Of a stretch of 64,000 bases of DNA, positions 10,328-19,023 are shown one piece after another. Each line of letters opens with the position of its first letter. Positions within the stretch are counted from its first letter, which is position 1. The position numbers were made by a program, and so were the translations under genes. The stretch covers positions 6,191 through 70,190 of the forward strand of contig JAPOYE010000016.1 in the NCBI GenBank assembly GCA_026706695.1, written 5' to 3'. The stretch comes from Candidatus Dadabacteria bacterium (GTDB taxonomy: Bacteria > Desulfobacterota_D > UBA1144 > Nemesobacterales > Nemesobacteraceae). A model generated the notes under the pieces. The model was not told the origin of the DNA and did not search any database. It worked only from the letters and a program-made list of their open reading frames with translations.

Positions 10328-10467
10328 TTCCTTAAATTAATCCCATATAATTTAATAGGATGCCTTATTTTTTTCAACATTCCCATCGCCGCGGAGACAT
10401 AGCTCAAGAAAAGCCCGCAATTCTGAATCGATACCCCGCGGCGATTTTTTAAATATCCGTGCAATGT

Positions 10468-11511
10468 TCACTCGCTCCGTTCTGTTTCCCCCGCCGGAGC
10501 GACGACAGGGAAGTTTTCAAGCACGGAACAAAAATACCGCTTTTCAAGATCATATACGTCAAAAGCAAGTTCCGAGGCCCGCTCGAATCCCTCTCCGCAT
10601 GAAACGCTCTCGCTTATCTCCTTGAAAAGCATTCCCATGTCGTACCACTTCTGACCGATGCTGTTCATCTCGTCGGGAAGACCCGCCCCGTAAAAAGGGG
10701 AGAGCACCGGGGAGACCTCTTCCAGGAAATCCCTGTAAAACCACCTGAAAGCGGCGCCGCAGACCCCTCTTCTGCATATGACCTGGTAAGTAAACCTCGC
10801 GGTCCACTTCCAGTCGGCAAGGTCTCTCCAGCCGGGAAGATCCTCGGCCCACTTCCTTATAACCTCAACGCCTGAAGTTCCTCTCAGTGTGGTTCGGCCT
10901 TCAAGCATCATCTCGGCGTTTTTCCTTACGGCACCGAGAATCATCTCCTCAAGGTCGGCGCCACGTTCCATGGACTCCACTTCAACCCTGTTGTTTGAAA
11001 GAGGATACGGCCTGGCTTTTGAGCTTCTCGCTTTTGTCATATTCTCAAAAGAGACAGTCTGGAGCCCTTCAAACGAGTTGTCCGCTACGTAAAAGACGGA
11101 TTCGGAATCATCGTATCCGCATACCGCAATTACGTGTCCGGGGAAATGGGTCCTGGAGTCAAAATACTCAAGGTAGCGTATATCGGCCTGTATCAGTACC
11201 GGAATGTCTCTCTGAATAAATTCCTTGAGTTCAGCAGAGGCCCGTTCGTTGTCATCCTCATACTTCCAGTCGGCTATGTCAAGGCCGAAGTTCCTGAGGA
11301 AGTTAATCTCCATAAGAGGACCGCGAGGCTGTATAATCCTGCCCGGGTTCATCCCGTCCTCACAGGAGTAATAAAAACCGAGCCCCGCTCCAAGCCCGAA
11401 ACACATCTGCTCGGAAAAATCCTGTCCGTAGTAGATACAGATATCCCTGAGTGCCGCGGAACCGCAGTGCACTCCCTTTAAGTGTCTCCAGCCCTCTATT
11501 GTCTTTCTCAT
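10468..11511 (-). CDS. BtrH-N / C39-like papain-fold domain protein (DUF4872-type)
   Basis: N-terminal GVHCGSAALRD cysteine motif typical of the BtrH_N/peptidase C39-like fold, ~350 aa, no signal peptide. Confidence 0.45.
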   Translation of the reverse strand: MRKTIEGWRHLKGVHCGSAALRDICIYYGQDFSEQMCFGLGAGLGFYYSCEDGMNPGRIIQPRGPLMEINFLRNFGLDIADWKYEDDNERASAELKEFIQRDIPVLIQADIRYLEYFDSRTHFPGHVIAVCGYDDSESVFYVADNSFEGLQTVSFENMTKARSSKARPYPLSNNRVEVESMERGADLEEMILGAVRKNAEMMLEGRTTLRGTSGVEVIRKWAEDLPGWRDLADWKWTARFTYQVICRRGVCGAAFRWFYRDFLEEVSPVLSPFYGAGLPDEMNSIGQKWYDMGMLFKEISESVSCGEGFERASELAFDVYDLEKRYFCSVLENFPVVAPAGETERSE

Positions 11512-11644
11512 AAAATCGTAAGCGCAGGAAGTCTTATGCCTCTTTTACCAGCTACAGCATGTCCATCGGTAGCAGCAAAATGTGAAGACGGATATCGGCA
11601 ATGCTTACAATTTTAGCTGTTTCCGTTCCTTAACTGAAATTTTA

Positions 11645-11670
11645 TGTTCCATAAATGAAGTTATGGAACG
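11645..11670. repeat. Hairpin element, copy 1 (stem GTTCCATAA, loop ATGAAG)
   Basis: ATGTTCCATAAATGAAGTTATGGAAC is read directly from the sequence. Its reverse complement occurs at 13114-13143. Confidence 0.8.
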
Positions 11671-11883
11671 GAATCAAGAAAAGTTTTTCTGGCATATATG
11701 AGGGATTTTGAAAATCAGAAGTTAATCGAATTAAGGAGGGCGGTTCGATTCCAAATGTTTTCATTGGAGTAAGACTTAGCATCTTTGAGCAGGTTTCCGT
11801 ATCCCTCTTTAATTCATTAACGAAATTAGCGTGAAAGTGTTTTTAAGAGTTCAAAAGGAAATTTATTTAAGGAGGATTTACAC

Positions 11884-12876
11884 ATGAGATTACGTAATCT
11901 TTTTATGATTCTATTGTTATGCATGACAGTAGGAGTTTTTGGTGTGTCCTGCACCGGTGATGATGGAGCTCAGGGGCCACAGGGTGAGCAAGGGGAAAAG
12001 GGTGATCCCGGTGAAGTAACGGAAGGTGACCTACCGGAAGCGGTAGAAACCTATAGTTTTCTTGAAAGCTGGGGAGTTGCTGAGGGAGTTTCTTGCAGTA
12101 GCGATATACTGAGCACCGAAGCAGACCTCCCCGGACCTGATTTGGCAGATATTAGTGCTACCGGTCAGGGTAATCTTAGTAGGACCAATGACATAAATAA
12201 TGGTGTTAGTGCTACGTGTGCTGACAGTATTTTCGGCAATATTGTAGCTATGCAGAAAGGTGGAATCAACTTAGATGATCCTGCTCCAGCAGGTAATCAA
12301 ATTTATCTTTATAAAACCAGCCGGACAGAAAAATCTATAGTAGAGAAGGTGCCAACGGAGAAAACCGCTTTCTCTCTTGATATTCTAACCACCACCACAA
12401 AAGATATTGTCGGGGGTAAGGTTTATGCGAAGTTGGAAACTACTGGAGGGGATGAGGCCATTGAGCGTCAGCTTCTTCACTCCCAATGCACCAAAGGAAC
12501 GGATCCTCCGGATATTGTAGGAGATTTCCGGGCCGTCAAGATAGTAACGGCAGCACAAGAGTTTGTTAACAGTATGCCATGTACTGCCGGTACTAACTGT
12601 ACACCCGCGACAAAGACAACTACTAAATACAAGGTCTGTGTGAGGCTTGATGCTCATCCCGGTCAAGTTAAATGTCTTGTAGTGGATAAGGGTGTAACTC
12701 CTGATCCTACACCATCTGACGATAAAACCTTTATAGGTCTTTATGACGGTATGGATGTAAGTGATCAAGAAGTCGACATCACTGCCACTGTAAGTTCTGG
12801 TAATTTCTTTGGTGACACTGCTGCTGAAGTCGCAGGAGCCTATGCAGGTCTTTGTCATCTGTTCGGACTTGAATAA
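11884..12876 (+). CDS. Secreted or lipo-protein with a short collagen-like Gly-X-Y tract, Thr-rich
   Basis: Strong RBS AAGGAGGA 8 nt upstream. Signal peptide MRLRNLFMILLLCMTVGVFGVSC, followed by GDDGAQGPQGEQGEKGDPGEV (7 G-X-Y triplets). GC is lower than the flanking DNA. Confidence 0.7.
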   Translation: MRLRNLFMILLLCMTVGVFGVSCTGDDGAQGPQGEQGEKGDPGEVTEGDLPEAVETYSFLESWGVAEGVSCSSDILSTEADLPGPDLADISATGQGNLSRTNDINNGVSATCADSIFGNIVAMQKGGINLDDPAPAGNQIYLYKTSRTEKSIVEKVPTEKTAFSLDILTTTTKDIVGGKVYAKLETTGGDEAIERQLLHSQCTKGTDPPDIVGDFRAVKIVTAAQEFVNSMPCTAGTNCTPATKTTTKYKVCVRLDAHPGQVKCLVVDKGVTPDPTPSDDKTFIGLYDGMDVSDQEVDITATVSSGNFFGDTAAEVAGAYAGLCHLFGLE

Positions 12877-13113
12877 TCGACTAAATCCCATAAACGAAAA
12901 AGCTCCTAGTGGATTGTTTCCATAGAGACATCATCCATCATCGAACTAGCTGCTTTATCTTTGGGTAAAATCCCTCGGTAGGTTCTTCCGTAACTTCAGA
13001 CCTGCCGGGGGATTTTTTTATTTTGAAAACAAAATGTTTGGGAATAAACAGGATTGAGACCGTCTCTAAGGGGCAGTGAAATATCAAAAATCGAAAGACC
13101 AAAAAGCAGATTT

Positions 13114-13143
13114 AATGTTCCATAACTTCATTTATGGAACATT
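13114..13143. repeat. Hairpin element, copy 2 (inverted orientation of copy 1; 12-bp stem)
   Basis: AATGTTCCATAACTTCATTTATGGAACATT is the exact reverse complement of the core of copy 1. Confidence 0.8.
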
Positions 13144-13432
13144 AAACTCTTCCGCTCCAAAACCCTTCCTTATAAAACTACCACAAAAGACTTCAATATG
13201 TCAAGAACTTTAAAAAACCCTGTAGGAAGAATTGTATGAACATTCTACTTCTCAGAGCTATTGTAATCCGGCTTGCAGAAAAAGCAAGTTGTGTGAGAAG
13301 AAAATAGGAACAGGAATGACTGCAACAGAGACAAAACGGTTTCATGCTGGAAGCATATTCTGGTAACCTTTCTCAAGTGCTATAGTTGCTTTTTAGTCCA
13401 AGACGCCGTGTCGCCTGGATCAGCTGGTCACC

Positions 13433-14374
13433 ATGATTGAGAAAATCCTTAAAAATTCGAAAAAAGCTATTCTGCTCGGAATAGGAGGGGGAGGAGATAT
13501 AGTCGGAACCCTTCCGACGGCCAACCTGCTCGAGATAAACGGAACGCAATGCGTTCTGGGGGGACTCAGCTGGGAGCGTTTCACAATAGACCCCGATCCG
13601 GGGCCAAGAAAACTTGAAGAATCGCGCAACGTGCGCGAGATAAATGACGTGGTCTGGAAATGCAACAAAGATTCCACGACCCGAGGCGGAGCAAGGTTTG
13701 CCGAAGCAGGCATGGCCGAAGTTCTGGGAGAGGAAACTCTTCTTGTCGATATAAGTTACGGTCCGGAGAAGGTTTTTGAGGGAATAACGGACGCCGCCGA
13801 AAAACTCGGCGCGGATCTGGTGGTGGGAATAGACGTCGGCGGAGACGTGCTCGGGTTCGGAGACGAAAAGGGACTCATGAGTCCGCTTGCCGACGCCGTA
13901 ATGACCGCGGCGCTTTACAGACAGAGCTTCCGGATGCCCACCGTAATGGGAGTATTCGGCTTCGGAAGCGACGGAGAGCTCTCCAAGGAAGAGCTTGAGA
14001 GGTCATTCGGCATCATAGCGCGGAACAACGGAATTCTCGGCAGCTGGGGCATATCCGCAAACACACTGGAATTAATGGAAAAGGCGATAAGCGTAATACC
14101 CACCGAGGCGAGCAGAGGGCCAGTTGAATACGCAAGAGGAGCTTTCAGCCCCACTTCAATAAGAGGCGGCAGAAGAAAAGTCGAACTCGATATAAGTTCC
14201 ACAGTGACTTTCTACGTAGATCCCCGGGTGGTTTACGAAAAGGTTTCAGGACCCGCGCAAGCGGTCTGCGGATGCAGAACGATAGGGGAGGCAAACGCAA
14301 AACTTAACGAAGCGGGAATCAGAACGGAACTTGATATTGAGATGGAACTTTACGAAAATCCCGGGAAAAACTGA
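13433..14374 (+). CDS. Hypothetical protein with N-terminal GIGGGGD motif (possibly DUF1152-like)
   Basis: 313 aa, Gly-rich N-terminal motif LLGIGGGGDIVG, no TM or signal peptide. The family assignment is from memory only. Confidence 0.35.
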   Translation: MIEKILKNSKKAILLGIGGGGDIVGTLPTANLLEINGTQCVLGGLSWERFTIDPDPGPRKLEESRNVREINDVVWKCNKDSTTRGGARFAEAGMAEVLGEETLLVDISYGPEKVFEGITDAAEKLGADLVVGIDVGGDVLGFGDEKGLMSPLADAVMTAALYRQSFRMPTVMGVFGFGSDGELSKEELERSFGIIARNNGILGSWGISANTLELMEKAISVIPTEASRGPVEYARGAFSPTSIRGGRRKVELDISSTVTFYVDPRVVYEKVSGPAQAVCGCRTIGEANAKLNEAGIRTELDIEMELYENPGKN

Positions 14375-14447
14375 CGGCGCTTACGGCCAGCAGTTAAAAC
14401 TGTACCGCCGACCCGATGGCTGCATTTTCACGGGTCATCGGCGCTTC

Positions 14448-14801
14448 CTACCGGTCGCTCCAGACCGCAAGTTCATTGCCGCTGGGATCCAGAAAATGAA
14501 ACCGCCGTCCTCCGGGGAAGGAAAATATCGGCCTGCGGAGTTCGCCCCCGGCGGCGGTGACGCGCTTGAGTGTGGCTTCCAGATCTTCTGCGTAAAGCAC
14601 CACCAAGGCAGCGCCCCGGCTGCTGTCTGACCGCAGCGGGGAGCGGTAGAAACCGCCGTCCATGCTGCCGTCATTAAAGGCGCAGTAGCGGTCGCCGTAG
14701 TCCTGGAAGGTCCAGCTGAACACGTCACCGTAAAACGCCTTGGCCTTGGTGAAGTCTTCGGCGGGCAACTCGATATAATTGATCCGGGAATCTTCTTTCA
14801 T
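14448..14801 (-). CDS. VOC (glyoxalase/bleomycin-resistance-fold) family protein
   Basis: 117 aa with a PhnB/glyoxalase-like pattern. Confidence 0.6.
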   Translation of the reverse strand: MKEDSRINYIELPAEDFTKAKAFYGDVFSWTFQDYGDRYCAFNDGSMDGGFYRSPLRSDSSRGAALVVLYAEDLEATLKRVTAAGGELRRPIFSFPGGRRFHFLDPSGNELAVWSDR

Positions 14802-14867
14802 GATCGCACACCATCAGGCCTCAGACCCTTCCCTTAGGCGGGATGTCAGGGCAGTTGCTTCCGCTGT

Positions 14868-15272
14868 TCAATAGAGTTTTTCGTGAATAAGCTTGAGTAT
14901 GCGCCTTGATTCTTCCTCATTTCCCCAGACGCCGACGCGGATAATCAGATCGGTTATCTCGGGCCTGTCGTACTTGACAGTCACATAGGCAATCTTGTCC
15001 TGGTCGCGAAGCTTGGCTTCGACAAGCGCCTTGCCCATATCGCTCTCTTTTCTGATTACCTCAAGTTCCTGCTGTTCCACGACCTCCACAACCGCGAACC
15101 AGACCCTGTCAAACGAGGCGGTCTCCTTGCTTTTAAGAACCCCTTTGAGGTAAGCGGCGGCACTTCCGCCCATCACGCTACCAGCCACAACCGCACAACC
15201 TGAAGAAAAAACAATCAAGAACAACAGAAGAAACAGGGTGCGATACTTTCTTTGCAGGAAATTCATCTTCAC
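14868..15272 (-). CDS. Small lipoprotein (DUF3568-like)
   Basis: Lipobox LFLLLFLIVFSSGC, 134 aa. Confidence 0.5.
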   Translation of the reverse strand: MKMNFLQRKYRTLFLLLFLIVFSSGCAVVAGSVMGGSAAAYLKGVLKSKETASFDRVWFAVVEVVEQQELEVIRKESDMGKALVEAKLRDQDKIAYVTVKYDRPEITDLIIRVGVWGNEEESRRILKLIHEKLY

Positions 15273-15344
15273 TCCGGGCAGTCTTTACAAGAAAAACCTG
15301 TATGATTAGTTAACCTAACTTAGGAAGAAAAAGAGTCAACATCC

Positions 15345-16568
15345 ATGGGATCCTTCATATCAAAAAACAGACTGGTTCTGGGAATAATCGCGGGCGTTCT
15401 GCTGGGCGGCGCCGTGGGTTCGTTTTTCCCTGAATTCGGCGCGGGAACCCAGATTATCGGAGAGCTCTTCCTAAACGCCCTCAAGATGGTTGTGCTCCCC
15501 CTCATAATAGTGTCGATTACGCTGAGCATAATGAAAGTCGGCAACCTGGGTTCTCTCGGGCTTAAAACCATCGCCTACTATACGGTAACCACGGCGATAG
15601 CCGTTTCAATCGGAATAGCGGTGGTCACGATGGTGCAGCCCGGAGACGGAAGCGAGATACTCAAGGGAACGATGCCCGAGGTAGTAAAAAGCAAGGAGGG
15701 ATTCAGGGTAACCGACATCCTGCGGCAGATATCGACTCCGAATCTTTTCAAGTCCGCATACGAATTCCAGATCCTTCCAATCATAATCGCGTCTCTTCTT
15801 TTCGGAATAGCGTTCGGCAGACTGAACAGGGAAAAGCAGTTGGTTCTGGACCTGTTTGAATCCATGGACAAAGCCATCATGAAGGTAGTCCACTGGATAA
15901 TCGCGTTGACTCCGATAGGCATCTTCGGCCTCATAGCCGGAAAAATCGGAGAAGCGGGCGGCGGGGATGAAGTGCTGAGACTCGCAACGCAGCTGGGTAA
16001 GTACGTGTTCTGCGTTCTTCTGGGACTGCTTATCCACGGGTTCGTGGTTCTCCCGCTGCTTCTGCGGGCACTATCCGGGAGGAACCCGGTTACTTACTTC
16101 AAGAACCTGAGCGAAACGCTTCTCACGGCCTTTTCAACCGCCTCGTCCTCAGCCACCCTGCCCCTTACCATCACCAACGTAACGGAGAACGCCAGGGTTT
16201 CGCCGAAAATCTCGAAATTCGTTCTGCCCCTCGGAGCCACAGTCAACATGGACGGAACGGCTCTTTACGAGTCCGTCGCCGTAATATTCATCGCCCAGAG
16301 CTACGGAATACACCTCGGGGGAGGCGAACTCGTCGTGGTGTTTCTCACCGCCACCCTGGCGGCCATAGGAGCCGCGGGCATACCGGAAGCCGGTCTCGTA
16401 ACCATGGTGCTTGTGCTGCAGGCCGTCGGGCTCCCCATAGAGGGCGTAGGCATAATACTCGCGATTGACTGGTTTCTGGACAGGTTCCGCACTACCATAA
16501 ACGTATGGGGAGACAGCATAGGAGCGGCAGTCATAGAGAAACTGGAGCCCGATGAAAACACAGGCTGA
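15345..16568 (+). CDS. Dicarboxylate/amino acid:cation symporter (DAACS, GltP/DctA-like)
   Basis: 407 aa polytopic protein with SLT family motifs (FIAQSYGI, GIPEAGLVTMVLVL). Confidence 0.85.
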   Translation: MGSFISKNRLVLGIIAGVLLGGAVGSFFPEFGAGTQIIGELFLNALKMVVLPLIIVSITLSIMKVGNLGSLGLKTIAYYTVTTAIAVSIGIAVVTMVQPGDGSEILKGTMPEVVKSKEGFRVTDILRQISTPNLFKSAYEFQILPIIIASLLFGIAFGRLNREKQLVLDLFESMDKAIMKVVHWIIALTPIGIFGLIAGKIGEAGGGDEVLRLATQLGKYVFCVLLGLLIHGFVVLPLLLRALSGRNPVTYFKNLSETLLTAFSTASSSATLPLTITNVTENARVSPKISKFVLPLGATVNMDGTALYESVAVIFIAQSYGIHLGGGELVVVFLTATLAAIGAAGIPEAGLVTMVLVLQAVGLPIEGVGIILAIDWFLDRFRTTINVWGDSIGAAVIEKLEPDENTG

Positions 16569-17016
16569 AAAGCAAGACAGAACTCCGGGGAGAACAGTCT
16601 CGCTCGACATAGGAACCAAGACGATAGGGGTTGCCGTAAGCGACGAGCTTGGGATCACGGCAAACGGCGTCTGTACCATAAGTCGGGAAAACGAGAAAAA
16701 AGACCTCGCGCAGTTGCGGGATATAATAGAGCAATATTCTCCTAGCGAAATCCTCGTGGGGATACCCTGCAACCAGGACGGTTCTCTCGGGAACAGGGCG
16801 AAGGGCATCAGGAAATTCTCCGAACGCATTCGGGATTCTCTGGGCCTTTCGGTGAAATACTGGGACGAGAGCTTCTCCACCAGGACCGCGGAGCAGACAC
16901 TGATAGAAGCAGGCATGGGAAGAAAGAAGCGAAAAACGGTAATAGACAAGATGGCCGCCACAGTAATACTGCAAGAGTATCTTCTGAGCAGGGATCAGGG
17001 CTCGGGAGAGACATGA
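16552..17016 (+). CDS. ruvX: Holliday junction resolvase-like protein YqgF/RuvX
   Basis: VSLDIGTKTIGVAVSD N-terminal motif and ILVGIPCNQDGS. Confidence 0.85.
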   Translation: MKTQAEKQDRTPGRTVSLDIGTKTIGVAVSDELGITANGVCTISRENEKKDLAQLRDIIEQYSPSEILVGIPCNQDGSLGNRAKGIRKFSERIRDSLGLSVKYWDESFSTRTAEQTLIEAGMGRKKRKTVIDKMAATVILQEYLLSRDQGSGET

Positions 17017-17017
17017 C

Positions 17018-17809
17018 ATGCCATACGCAGAGACAAACGGAATAAATCTTTATTACAAAGAGTACGGAAAGGGGAATCCGCTCGTGCTCATCCACGGTCT
17101 CGGGAGCAGTCTTGAGAGCTGGGATGTGCAGGTTCCCATCTACTCGGAACATTTCCGCGTGATAGCGTTTGATAACAGGGGCTCGGGCCGCTCCGAGAAA
17201 CCCGATTATCCCTACACAATGGAGCAGATGGCGGATGACGCCGCGGGGCTCCTCGACTTTCTCGGGATAGAGAAAGCCCACTTCGTCGGAAAATCAATGG
17301 GCGGAATGATATGCCAGTGGCTGGGCATAAAATACCCCGAGAGGGTAAACAGGCTCGTTATGGGATGCTCCTCCGCGCACAGGGACGAGGTCGGAAATCT
17401 GCTCATCAGAACCGCGAGGGACATAGTGGACAAGGCGGGACCCGGGGCGGGGTGGGTCTTTGCGCTTTTTCTCGGATACAGAAGGAAATACATAGAAGAG
17501 AACTACGACTCCCTGATAAGCAGAATCCGGGAAGTTCCCGCTGACCCCGAGGCCGCCGCCGGATACAGAAACCAGAGCTACGCGTGCGAGAACCACGACG
17601 TACTGGCCCGACTCGGTAAGATCTCCGCGGAAACCCTGGTTATGTACGGGGAGCGGGACATAGTCACGCCTCCCGAGAGATCGAAAAAGCTCGTTGAACT
17701 TATACCGAACGCGGTTGAGAGGGCGTTTGCGGACGTCGGCCACGGATTCTGGAGAGAGTGCCAGGCAGAGGCGGACAAGGCCGTGCTTGATTTTCTCGCA
17801 GAAGACTGA
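17018..17809 (+). CDS. Alpha/beta-fold hydrolase
   Basis: HGLGSS oxyanion region and GKSMGG nucleophile elbow. Confidence 0.8.
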   Translation: MPYAETNGINLYYKEYGKGNPLVLIHGLGSSLESWDVQVPIYSEHFRVIAFDNRGSGRSEKPDYPYTMEQMADDAAGLLDFLGIEKAHFVGKSMGGMICQWLGIKYPERVNRLVMGCSSAHRDEVGNLLIRTARDIVDKAGPGAGWVFALFLGYRRKYIEENYDSLISRIREVPADPEAAAGYRNQSYACENHDVLARLGKISAETLVMYGERDIVTPPERSKKLVELIPNAVERAFADVGHGFWRECQAEADKAVLDFLAED

Positions 17810-17887
17810 ACTGCCCCGTGCCTGCTCTCCTTTCCGCTCGGATGGAGATGCGCTGCCGCAGGCTGTTTCCGGCCTGTTTCGGAGAAA

Positions 17888-18931
17888 ATGAAAAGGCTCA
17901 AGAACCTGAGAGAAAAACCAAGGAGATTCTTTCTGAGTGCGGGAAAGTACGCCGGCTTCGGGGCCGTGCTGCTGCTGATCGCGTGGTTCCTGCCGCTTTC
18001 TCCATCCTCAGACCAGCAAGCTTCCCGGGATGACCCTGTCTGCGCCGACAACCGTGCGCCCAGACTATCAGGAGCTGGCGCGCTGGCCAAACGCCTTCGG
18101 AATACAAACCTTCTAAACGGTAACGAGATATACGACCGGCTAAGTCTCGAGAGCGGCGACACAGAAACCGGACAAGCCGATGCTTCACCCTCAAGAGGCG
18201 CTGGCGGCTTTGTGACGTCCAGTCCGTTCGATCCCCGGTACCGTGAATCCTACTCCGACATTGCGGAACTGCGCTACTCCCTGCCCGCAAACGCGAGGAG
18301 CTACGAGCTCGACGAGACCAAGGCGACGTTTCTGTTCTACGGTCAGGAGCCAGTGCTGCGGTGGCACTCGTCACTGGGCTCGAATACCGAGGTGTGTGCC
18401 GTCCGGTTCGTGGACACAGACCGCACAGACTACCGGCTGCGCACGTTTCCCGACCAGAAAAGCGCGCTTGCGGAAGGCCATGTCGTCACACACCGCTACC
18501 ACTGCGGAACATGCTCCTCCCTGCGGGATCTCGCGGTCTACCTGGCGAAACCGGATCTGACGAAACCGGCGAGAACATGCGGGAGGAAGCTTACGGCAGA
18601 CGGCATCAAGAAGTGTTTCATGGAAAAAGTCGGCTTTGCGGAAATGTGCGCAGAGACCTGGACATACAACGTACTGCACACCAAGCGCCGGTGCATGAAG
18701 ACCTGCGTTGAGCACTACGGGTTCTGGAACGTGCTGACAAACAAGATGAACGACGCGCATGCAGACGAGCGGGGGAACCTGAACCCGTGCCTGGCCTGTG
18801 ACGAGCACGCTTCCGGCCCGGGGTTCCAGTACGCAGCGGGACGAACGCGGAGAAATTCCGGCCTGGTGTCAGCTATCTGCCGGCAGGCAGGGGAAATCTA
18901 CCCGGTCGAGCATCGGCTTTACTTTGAGTAG
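17888..18931 (+). CDS. Hypothetical membrane-anchored Cys-rich protein (GC-rich gene)
   Basis: 347 aa ORF with one N-terminal TM segment and many Cys in the C-terminal half (HCGTCSS, CLACDEH). Many antisense ORFs overlap it because the local GC is high. Confidence 0.4.
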   Translation: MKRLKNLREKPRRFFLSAGKYAGFGAVLLLIAWFLPLSPSSDQQASRDDPVCADNRAPRLSGAGALAKRLRNTNLLNGNEIYDRLSLESGDTETGQADASPSRGAGGFVTSSPFDPRYRESYSDIAELRYSLPANARSYELDETKATFLFYGQEPVLRWHSSLGSNTEVCAVRFVDTDRTDYRLRTFPDQKSALAEGHVVTHRYHCGTCSSLRDLAVYLAKPDLTKPARTCGRKLTADGIKKCFMEKVGFAEMCAETWTYNVLHTKRRCMKTCVEHYGFWNVLTNKMNDAHADERGNLNPCLACDEHASGPGFQYAAGRTRRNSGLVSAICRQAGEIYPVEHRLYFE

Positions 18932-19023
18932 CAGATGCCGGACCGCAACGCGCCCGTGCACACGCAGGTCCACCATAATCAGGAATATGGCACACACCGG
19001 TACATGTACCTGCCTTTTTTCCG

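Noticed and set aside
10388-10447. Inverted repeat CGCCGCGG ... CCGCGGCG followed by ATTTTTT, resembling a + strand intrinsic terminator.
   Set aside because: No + strand gene ends upstream of it, and the 36-nt loop is long for a terminator. It is more likely part of the gspC promoter/leader region or fortuitous. Not enough to call.
14331-14801. ORFs 14331-14630 (+) and 14435-14728 (-) overlapping the VOC-family gene.
   Set aside because: The VOC-family reading frame (14448-14801, -) has a coherent glyoxalase-like sequence. The others are overlapping-frame artefacts in GC-rich DNA.
16149-16961. Long antisense ORFs (270 aa, 162 aa, 143 aa etc.) overlapping the DAACS transporter, ruvX and hydrolase genes.
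   Set aside because: They lie opposite genes with strong family motifs. They have no recognisable motifs and are the usual product of high GC. The same applies to the many 60-180 aa ORFs inside gspD, gltB, the M16 peptidase and the TonB receptor.
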